Origin: Candidatus Acidiferrales bacterium
GTDB lineage: Bacteria; Acidobacteriota; Terriglobia; Acidiferrales; UBA7541
Assembly: GCA_035696585.1 (NCBI GenBank)
Contig: DASRQP010000313.1
Span: 1 to 38,072, forward strand
Reading direction: 5' to 3'
Length of the DNA stretch: 38,072 nucleotides
A program made the translations under genes and the position numbers. Within the stretch, counting starts at the first letter, position 1. Every line of letters starts with the position of its first letter. The notes under the pieces are model-generated. The model searched no databases, was not told the DNA's origin, and worked only from the letters and a program-made list of their open reading frames with translations. This document shows positions 9,197 to 17,100 of this stretch, one piece after another.

Positions 9197-10276
9197 TCAT
9201 TTGCCTTGTTCCTTTGCCGGGCAGCAAGGTCCTGGAGGAATGGGGTTGCCATGTGGGCATGTGACAGGATGGCCGAGGAAGCTGCAAATGCGCTCGTCGA
9301 GCTCCGGGCTGATGATGTGCTCGAATTTGCAGGCTTGCGAATCGGCCTCGGCATTGGCAATAGCAAACGTGTCTGTGAAGAGGCGCTCAGCGAGGCGGCG
9401 ACGGCGAACAACATCACGAGCGCGACGCTGGCCGCGGTCAGTCAGTTCAATTTCGGAATCGTGCATGGCGACCAAACCCACGACCGATAGGCGTTGCAGG
9501 GTACGTTCGGGATCGGCATCGAGGGAATGAAAACGCGCAAGTTTGGCGCGCTTGCCAATTTCGGCGCAGAGCCACAATTCTTCAAGCACGTGATCGATGC
9601 GCGCTTCGTCTTCGGAGGAGTAGACGGTGATTTGCGCGAGGCGGCCGTGCGCGAGCTCGATACGGCGATCCGCGAGACTGCCAATGGAGGGATCGTGCGT
9701 GACCATCAAGATTGTATGGCCCTCGTTGTGGAGATCGCGCAGAAGGCGAATCACGGTTTCTTCGTTGGCTTCGTCGAGATTTCCCGTTGGTTCGTCGGCA
9801 AGAATAAGCTTGGGATGATTGATGAGCGCGCGGGCGACGGCGACGCGCTGCTGTTCGCCGCCGGAAAGTTGCGAAGGAAGATGCAGGAGGCGTTCGCCCA
9901 AGCCGACGCGTCGAAGGGCTTCGGCGGCCTCATGTTCATCCGTGGTGCTGTGAAAATATTGCGCGAGCATGACGTTTTCAACCGCGGTGAGATACGGGAC
10001 GAGGTGAAACTGCTGAAAGACAAAACCGATTTTCTCGGCGCGAAAACGCGTGAGGCCCGTTTCGTCGAGACGGCCCACGTCAACGCCGTCGACGATGGCG
10101 CGGCCGTCCGTGGGCGTGTCGAGTCCGCCGAGAATATTGATGAGCGTAGTCTTACCGGAACCGGAAGGACCCATGATGGCGATCCATTCGCCAGATTCGA
10201 TGCTGAAGGAGACGCCATTCAGCGCGCAGACATCGCCGAAAGCTTTTCTTAGTTCCGTAACTTCGACGAGCGCCAC
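9197..10276 (-). CDS. MacB/LolD-type ABC transporter ATPase fused to a complete DtxR-family metal-dependent regulator module
   Basis: aa 1-215 carry Walker A GPSGSGKT, Q-loop, signature LSGGEQQR, Walker B LILADEPT and H-loop VTHD. aa ~222-348 carry LEELWLCAEIG...LQRLSVVGLVAMHDSEIELTDRGQRRARDVVRRRRLAERLFTD...ACKFEHIISPELDERICSFLGHPVTCPHGNPIP. This is colinear with DtxR winged-HTH plus dimerisation/metal domain (..HRLAERLLTD..ACRWEHVMS..CPFGNPIP). GTG start lies 3 nt after the upstream permease stop. Confidence 0.8.
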   Translation of the reverse strand: MALVEVTELRKAFGDVCALNGVSFSIESGEWIAIMGPSGSGKTTLINILGGLDTPTDGRAIVDGVDVGRLDETGLTRFRAEKIGFVFQQFHLVPYLTAVENVMLAQYFHSTTDEHEAAEALRRVGLGERLLHLPSQLSGGEQQRVAVARALINHPKLILADEPTGNLDEANEETVIRLLRDLHNEGHTILMVTHDPSIGSLADRRIELAHGRLAQITVYSSEDEARIDHVLEELWLCAEIGKRAKLARFHSLDADPERTLQRLSVVGLVAMHDSEIELTDRGQRRARDVVRRRRLAERLFTDTFAIANAEADSQACKFEHIISPELDERICSFLGHPVTCPHGNPIPPGPCCPAKEQGK

Positions 10277-10279
10277 TGA

Positions 10280-11431
10280 TTATTCTCCTCTTAAGATTAC
10301 GGCTGGACGAACATTGCCGAGCAAGCGCAAAGGCAAAGCTCCCGCGAGCGCGACGCAAAGCATTAAGATCACTGTGGCAGGCAGCACTTCCCATCGCGGA
10401 GAAATGCTCGCGCCGAAAACGCGATGGCCCATCCAAACAGAGAGAACCATGCCGAGCGCGTATCCGAGAATTCCGCCCAGGGTTCCGAGGACGCCGACCT
10501 CAGCAAGAAAAAGCCGCACCACTTTTTGAATCGAGCCGCCGAGGGCTTTCATCAGGCCGACGTCCTGGCGGCGCTCCATCGCGAGCGCAGCCATTGTTGC
10601 GAGCACGCACAACGCGGTGAGGACAAGAATCAGCAAACCCATAGAAAGAATCAAAAAGCGTATTCGCTGGAGAAGCTTCCCTTCCGCTTCCGTGATTTGC
10701 GGAATCGGTTTCACTTCAAGAGCCGGAAAGGCGGTCTGGAGCGTGTCCGCAACGGTGCGGATTTGCGCCGCTGAGCCGGGAACGCTCAATTGGATCAGCT
10801 CAATCTTGCCGTCGAGGCCGGCAAGTTTTTGCGCGACGGGCAAGTTGACGAAAATCTGATTGTCTTCCGAGCCGCCCGCATCCGTGACCCCCGCAACCGC
10901 GAGAGTTACGCTGCGGCCTTGATACGACAAGGCGATATTGCCGCCCGCCGAAAGGCCCAGACTGTTGCTCACATTGCGGCCGATGAGACATCGAGAAAGA
11001 TCCGTTCGCGAAACACTTCCGGTTCCGGCAATTTTCCACCATGGTTCCATTTGCGAGACGCGGTCGAGCCAAGTTCCCGTGACGACGACATCCTGTCCAT
11101 TCTTGGAGCCAGTGCGCGCGACGAGATACAAATCCGGAGACGCAACCGCGCCTGAAACCTGGGATTGACGGTCAATGCTTTGCTCAACATCCTGCATGAC
11201 CGATTCATCCATAAGCGGCGGTACGCCGGGTGCTGCGGATGAGGTCTGCGGCGCGGAGATGACAACATTCGCGCCGAGGGAGCGAAATTCCTGCGTGAGC
11301 TTGTGGTTGATATCCAAATCGAGATTCAACAGTGCCGACACAACTGCGCCACCGCTGATGAGCGCGAGCAGTGCCACAACGAGCCGCACGCGGTTTCCAC
11401 GAAGCAAATGGAAGAGCAGGCGCTTGAACAC
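10280..11431 (-). CDS. ABC transporter permease, FtsX/MacB-like
   Basis: 383 aa with an N-terminal TM, a ~230-aa extracytoplasmic domain, then a C-terminal FtsX-type TM bundle (MERRQDVGLMKALGGS motif). Its GTG start overlaps the preceding TAG by 1 nt (TAGTG). Confidence 0.85.
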   Translation of the reverse strand: MFKRLLFHLLRGNRVRLVVALLALISGGAVVSALLNLDLDINHKLTQEFRSLGANVVISAPQTSSAAPGVPPLMDESVMQDVEQSIDRQSQVSGAVASPDLYLVARTGSKNGQDVVVTGTWLDRVSQMEPWWKIAGTGSVSRTDLSRCLIGRNVSNSLGLSAGGNIALSYQGRSVTLAVAGVTDAGGSEDNQIFVNLPVAQKLAGLDGKIELIQLSVPGSAAQIRTVADTLQTAFPALEVKPIPQITEAEGKLLQRIRFLILSMGLLILVLTALCVLATMAALAMERRQDVGLMKALGGSIQKVVRLFLAEVGVLGTLGGILGYALGMVLSVWMGHRVFGASISPRWEVLPATVILMLCVALAGALPLRLLGNVRPAVILRGE

Positions 11432-12723
11432 TACTGCCCCCTCAGAATGGGCGCGGGCGGGACATGGGCGGCGCGATAAAGCGGAATCCAGCTTCCAAGC
11501 AACGCGACGGCAGCAGCCGCCGCGAGAATTATCGGCAGGACGATCAGGCGCGGTAAAGTCGCGATACCAAAGACTGTTTCACCCAACTCGCGCGCGAGGC
11601 CCGCGCCGAGCAGAAAACCCAAGCAGCCTCCGGCGATGGCCAAGAGCAATTGCTCGCAGAGAAACAAACCACCGACCAGAAAATTGGTTGCGCCCAGGGC
11701 TTTCATCAGGCCGACCTCGACGCGACGCTCCATGGCCGTAGTGGCCGAAGTGGCGCCGACAGCAAGAGCGGCGGCAATGAGCGCGGCGATGGTGACAATC
11801 CAGAGAAGAAGACTGACGCGCGAGAGTACGCGGCCTTCGGTCTCTGCAACGCGGCGGATGGCTTCAACGTGAGTGCCGGGGAGAACTTCCTGAATCTGGC
11901 GGCCGATCGAAGTGATGTACGGCGAACAATACCAGCGGTCGAATTCGGTGGACGTCATCTTGTTGGGATCTTGTTGCGAGAAGGCATCGGCCGGCTTGGT
12001 GAGAGCGCTGACAAAGAGCTGGCGAAATTCGCCGGGCTTGCCGCCGAGATCCTGGGCCAAGGAAAGCGGGCAGAGCACGGCGTCGTCCTGCGAATCGCCG
12101 GTTGTGACGATGCCAGTCACGGTCGCGAGAGATTCGCGGGAATCCACGCTGAGATTTAAGTCGTCACCGATGGCGATTCCATATTTTTGTGCTACGGACG
12201 CGCCGGCCACGCAATCCTTCGAATCGTCGGCGAACCATTGGCCGCGAATCTTCCACCATGGATGAGTGAAACTGGCGCCGGTCGCAAAAGTGGTGCCGTC
12301 TTCAATCGGCACGGAGTGCCTGTACCAAGTGCCGATGAGTGTAGTCTGGAATTGGGTGGTGTTGGCACCAGCCCGTTCGATGCCGGCCCGGACGGGAATA
12401 TCGAGAAAGGGAGTAAAGCCGAGAATATTGTGGCGCCAGAAAATGGTCTTGAGCTTGGGCAGAGCCGAAGTGGAAAGATAGGCGCCCTGATCGACTGGAC
12501 GGTAGTCAACGCCGCCAATCTCGACGGGCAGAGTGTCCGCTTGCGGCGTGACCAGCAAGTTTGCGCCGAGGCTGCGGAACTCGCGCGCGAGTTGATCTCC
12601 AACATCGACTGCGACGGTGAATGTGGCCGTGGCAACGGCCATGCCGAGAACCAACGCAATTCCGGTGAGCACTTTCCGGCGCGGGTTGCGTGTGAACGAT
12701 TCTCTTAGGAGGCGGATGAACAT
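11431..12723 (-). CDS. ABC transporter permease, FtsX/MacB-like
   Basis: 430 aa with the same architecture (MERRVEVGLMKALGATN motif). It starts 15 nt downstream of the FTR1-DUF2318 gene. Confidence 0.85.
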   Translation of the reverse strand: MFIRLLRESFTRNPRRKVLTGIALVLGMAVATATFTVAVDVGDQLAREFRSLGANLLVTPQADTLPVEIGGVDYRPVDQGAYLSTSALPKLKTIFWRHNILGFTPFLDIPVRAGIERAGANTTQFQTTLIGTWYRHSVPIEDGTTFATGASFTHPWWKIRGQWFADDSKDCVAGASVAQKYGIAIGDDLNLSVDSRESLATVTGIVTTGDSQDDAVLCPLSLAQDLGGKPGEFRQLFVSALTKPADAFSQQDPNKMTSTEFDRWYCSPYITSIGRQIQEVLPGTHVEAIRRVAETEGRVLSRVSLLLWIVTIAALIAAALAVGATSATTAMERRVEVGLMKALGATNFLVGGLFLCEQLLLAIAGGCLGFLLGAGLARELGETVFGIATLPRLIVLPIILAAAAAVALLGSWIPLYRAAHVPPAPILRGQ

Positions 12724-12738
12724 GTGCGTTTGATGCGT

Positions 12739-14037
12739 CTATTTCTGAATCCGCGAGGCCGCGTCGACGATGGCCGAAAGATCGAGGACTATATTCGTTC
12801 CTTCGACACGCGACTTGAAGGCAATGGGATTGCAGCCTCCGGGCATGCCAATTTCGGCGGCGTTCACGGGGGCGCCACAGTTGCGGCAAATCAAGACCGA
12901 ACCTTCCTGGCGATAACCTATCAGACCGCAGATTTCGCAGGCATCAAGCGCGCTGACGAAGTCGCCATTGGGCTTGCGCATCACAAAAAAGCGAAATGCG
13001 GTCCCCTGCACGTCCACCGTGTAGAAATGGACGGAGACTCCGCTCATTTCCGCCAGCGGGAGCCGAACAAGGTTTCCAACTGCTGCGACATGCTCTGCTT
13101 CAGGAGGAGCAGCGGACGCGCGTGTATAAACAAACTCAGCCGTGAGGGAGAGTATGACCGCAAGGCACAGAAAGGCCGCCGCGAAACTCCATCCCCGACG
13201 ACGGCGATACTCGTGCTCTCGGAGGCGCTTTTCAGCGGGATTCGCGGGCGCATCAAGCGCGGCGCCGCCAGTGCCGCCACTTTTTCCGCCAGCCTCACCT
13301 CCGTGGAGCGCGAACCATTCGCGCAATACCACAATTGCAGCGACGCCGAGAATAACAACGAAGAAGAAGTATTCGTTGCGGACGATGGGACCGATCGTCG
13401 CCATTTCCTGCTTGCTCGATGGAAGCCATGTGGCCTCGCTCAATTCATGCAAGCCTGTCAGGGCAAGTTGAAATGCGACGACCATCAAGATCGTGCTGGT
13501 GGCGGCGAAAAAGCGGCCAAGAGGAATCTTAAGCGTCCCTTGGAAGAAAAACAGGCCCACGGCGACGGCCATGGCGATTCCGATTCCAGTGCCAATCCAC
13601 ACTTGAAGGCCTGCAATGGAGAGCTCCACGGCGCGAAGAATCAGGATCAGTTCGGCGCCCTCGCGCAAAACCATCAGGAAAACAAAAAAACCGATTCCCC
13701 ACCCCGCTGCACGCTCGCTCTTCTGTGCGTAGGTCTCGACGCGCTGTTCGATTTCTTTGCGCAGGCGACGCGCGACGCGGTTCATCCAAATAATCATGGA
13801 GACAACGAGAGCGGCAGCGGCCAGCATAAGCACGCCCTCGAATCCGTCTTCGCTGACCTGCCAGCGCTGCAGCAGAACAGCGGCCGCGAAACTGCACGCG
13901 ATAGCAACTGCAACGCCAGCCCACACGTAACGCGCCAATTGGCGGCGGCCCGTGCGATTGAGATAGACTAAGACAATGCCGACCACAAGGGCGGCTTCAA
14001 CGCCTTCGCGGAGAGCGAGTAGGAGTGCGGAAAGCAT
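12739..14037 (-). CDS. FTR1-family high-affinity iron permease fused to a C-terminal DUF2318 Cys-rich domain
   Basis: 432 aa. Two REGxE motifs sit in TM segments (REGVE aa 10-14, REGAE aa 125-129), diagnostic of FTR1/EfeU. After a Gly-rich linker and an extra TM comes FYTVDVQGTAFRFFVMRKPNGDFVSALDACEICGLIGYRQEGSVLICRNCGAPV...IGMPGGCNPIAF, the DUF2318 signature (DACxxCG..GY...CxNCG...GGCNP). Confidence 0.85.
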   Translation of the reverse strand: MLSALLLALREGVEAALVVGIVLVYLNRTGRRQLARYVWAGVAVAIACSFAAAVLLQRWQVSEDGFEGVLMLAAAALVVSMIIWMNRVARRLRKEIEQRVETYAQKSERAAGWGIGFFVFLMVLREGAELILILRAVELSIAGLQVWIGTGIGIAMAVAVGLFFFQGTLKIPLGRFFAATSTILMVVAFQLALTGLHELSEATWLPSSKQEMATIGPIVRNEYFFFVVILGVAAIVVLREWFALHGGEAGGKSGGTGGAALDAPANPAEKRLREHEYRRRRGWSFAAAFLCLAVILSLTAEFVYTRASAAPPEAEHVAAVGNLVRLPLAEMSGVSVHFYTVDVQGTAFRFFVMRKPNGDFVSALDACEICGLIGYRQEGSVLICRNCGAPVNAAEIGMPGGCNPIAFKSRVEGTNIVLDLSAIVDAASRIQK

Positions 14038-14069
14038 TTAGGAGTCGAGCCCAGTTGTAACTCAGTATC

Positions 14070-14085
14070 AACTAGGAATTCCGAG
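14070..14085. promoter_or_regulatory. imperfect 16-bp palindrome in the divergent FTR1/secretin control region (candidate operator)
   Basis: ACTAGGAATTCCGAGT has 12 of 16 positions symmetric around GGAATTCC. It lies 33-48 nt upstream of the FTR1 ATG and overlaps the spacer of a weak GATACT -10 candidate on the minus strand. Confidence 0.2.
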
Positions 14086-14198
14086 TGTATCGCTCTGTGA
14101 AAATATCGTCAAGGGAAATACCCTACATTCGATAGACTTTCCTAAGTGCACAAACGAGGCGTGTTCGACAGTCAAATACGCCATCACGTCGCAAGGAC

Positions 14199-17100
14199 TT
14201 GGAGGCACGCCTTGGCTTTCGCGGCACAGACGCGGGCAACTGCACGAGCTTCAAGCCAATCTCTGTAAGAATAGCGAACAGGTATATTCATTTGCGTCTA
14301 CTTCTAACGATCGCGTTTGGTCTGTGCGCCGCGCTTGGCACATTCGGCGGACAGGTGCAGACGCCAGCCAAGTCTCCCTCTGGGGCCGTTCAAAAAAGAA
14401 ACTACGATTCCAAGCGCTCGAAAGAGGCGTACGAGCGCGGGATGAAAGCGGAGAAGCAGAAGAATTGGCCGATGGCATTTGCCGCCTACACGGAAGCCGC
14501 GCAACAAGATGCAACAAAGCCGGAATATTTATTGCGTAGAGAGTTCGCCCGAAGCGAGTTGGTGAGCGCATCCGTGGACCGCGCGGAGCGGGACGCGTTG
14601 ACAGGCCACCTGGCCGAGGCACGCGAGGAATTGGACGCAGCGCTGGTGCTTGACCCGAGCGATGAGATGGTGCGCGAGAGGCTGGCGCAACTGGCGCCGT
14701 CCTCTGCCGCCGCTCTGCGGCAACTGATGACCAAGCCCGCAGGCGTGGTGCGACTGGAGCCGCTGACGGCTACGCACAGCTTCGATTATCGGGGCGATAC
14801 GATAAGCGCATACGAAGCAGTGGCGCGCGACTTTGGCGTGGACGCCTCGTTTGATGTAGAGCTGCAATCGAAGCCCGTTCACTTGCAAGTCACTAATGTT
14901 GATTTTACAACCGCCATGCGCGTGCTCGGCGATATGACCGGAACGTTCTGGCGGCCACTGACGGGCAGGCTTTTCTTTGTAGCCGCCGACACGCCAGAAA
15001 AACGCCGCGCGTACGATCTGTCGGTGGTAAGCACCGTGGAACTGCCTGCCTCCGAAACGCCAAACGACATGACCGAGGTGCTGCGCATCGTCCGCGATAT
15101 CGCAGGAATCACGCGTGCGCAACTGAATTCATCGGCGCGAACCATTACGATGCGGGCATCGCCGCAGGCAATTTCGGTGGCGACGAAATTGCTCGCCCAA
15201 CTTGAGGAGCCGCGCGGAGAAATGGTGTTGGAAGTGGAAATTCTCGAAGTGGACCGCAACGCCGCCAGCCAAATCGGAATTACGCCGCCTACATCGGTGT
15301 CAGCGTTCTCTCTGACGCCGCAACAGATTCAAACTGCACAATCCGGCATAGCGGGACTCATAGGAGTGATTGAACAACTTTTCGGACCGACAAGCGCACT
15401 GTCGGGATTGGGCGCGAACCAAATTGCCTCGTTGGTGGGATCAGGGCAAGTGGGCGTAGGCTCGCTGATTCCGCCGCTGATTGCGTTTGGTGGGGGAAAG
15501 ACGACATTTCTGTCGACCCTGCCCGGAGCGGCAGCGGCGTTCTCAGATACGCTGAATGTCGTAAAAAGCGGCAAGCGCGTCCTGCTGAGAGCGGAGGACG
15601 ACAAGCCCGTTACGTTCTTCGTCGGGGACCGCGTGCCGATTGCGCTGGCGCAATTCTCTTCGGGCCTGACGTCGTCGAGTTTCATCCCCAATGTGTCGTC
15701 CAGCCTCTTTCCGCGAACGGATTTTGCCACAGGGAAGAATCCCGTTGCGATTGTCGCGGCGGACTTCAATGCTGATGGCAACGTGGACCTGGCAAACGCC
15801 AATCACGATGACAACACCGTGTCCATTTTCCTTGGAAACGGCGATGGAACATTCACGAGTAAAGGAACCCTGGCGACCGGGCTGGGCCCTGTTGCGCTGG
15901 TTACCGCGGACTTTAATAACGACAGCGTTCCCGACCTGGCTGTGGTGAACCAGACAGACGATACGGTTTCTATTTTCCTCGGCAACGGCGACGGCACATT
16001 TACGCTCAAGGGGACTTTCGCTACAGGAAAGAATCCGGTCGCGGCCGTGACGGCGGATTTCAATGGAGACGGCCATACGGATCTCGCGGTAGTCAATCAA
16101 AGCGATAACACCGTCTCAGTCCTGCTCGGGAATGGCGATGGAACGTTTCAACCGCAAACTGTGATCTCAACAGGGCAAGGTCCATCAGCAATCGCCACCG
16201 CGGACTTCAATAACGATGGCAAGGCAGATCTCGCGATTACAAACCAGTCGGCGAATACCGTCTCGATTTTTCTGGGGAACGGAGACGGAACTTTTGCCGG
16301 CAGTGGAACGCTTCCTACAGGGACTTTGCCGGTCGCGATTGCCGCGGGACAGTTCAACGTCAACACCAGCACGAATGTTGGATTAGTCGTTGTCAATCAG
16401 ACGGATAACACCATCTCGAATTTCCTGGGCAATGGCGACGGAACGTTCACGTCGAATGGCACTTCGGCGTTAAGCGTCAGCGCGACTACCGGTAATAAGC
16501 CAGTGGCGATTGCTGCCGGGGATTTCAACGTAGACGGGCGAACAGATTTGGCGATATCAGATGAGAACGCAGACCTGGTAGACATCTTGATCGGCAATGG
16601 CGACGGCACGTTTGCTTCGCTGCTACAGCTTCCGACCGGAACGGGGCCCATCGGCCTGGTCACTGGAGAGTTTCTGGGCGCGGCCCATCCACCGGATCTG
16701 GCCGTGACGGATTCGACGGCCAACACGATTTCCGTGATATTGGACAACGCCACTTTTAGTTCGACGAATAGTGCTGCAGCGCCGATTCCGTTCCCCAGTT
16801 CCCAGTATGAGGACATCGGGCTAAAGATGAAGGCAACTCCTCACATGCACGCGGACGGTGACGTAACGCTCGAGTTGCACTTCGAACTGCGCAGTCTGAC
16901 GGGAGATTCCGTAAACAGCATACCCGTGATCAGCAATCAGACAATCGATCAGACGGTCCGCGTGAAGGATGAGGAAACAACTGCGCTGGCAGGGATCATC
17001 GAATCACAAGAAATGCGTGCTATCAATGGCACTCCTGGAGTGGCGGATCTGGGGCCGTTTGGGTTGCTGGGAAGCAAACGCAGCACACAAAATGACAAAA

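Noticed and set aside
12724-13971. 415-aa plus-strand ORF covering the same DNA as the FTR1-DUF2318 gene
   Set aside because: It is antisense to a gene with diagnostic REGxE and DUF2318 motifs. Its translation is Arg/Gly/Ala-rich with no recognisable motif or TM pattern, which is the typical long antisense ORF of high-GC DNA. The same reasoning rejects 423..1406(+), 4406..5191(+), 9494..10252(+), 17614..18258(+), 20482..21132(+), 30156..31247(+), 31830..32660(+) and 35150..36202(+).
14038-14198. Fur box or IdeR/DtxR box upstream of the FTR1 operon
   Set aside because: There is no 19-bp match to either consensus on either strand. Only the weak ACTAGGAATTCCGAGT palindrome is present, and it is reported separately at low confidence.
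15708-16748. Periodic ~150-bp DNA repeats considered as a non-coding tandem array or CRISPR-like structure
   Set aside because: The repeats are in frame within one long ORF. They are conserved at the protein level (FG-GAP consensus) but divergent at synonymous sites, and there are no short identical repeat/spacer units.
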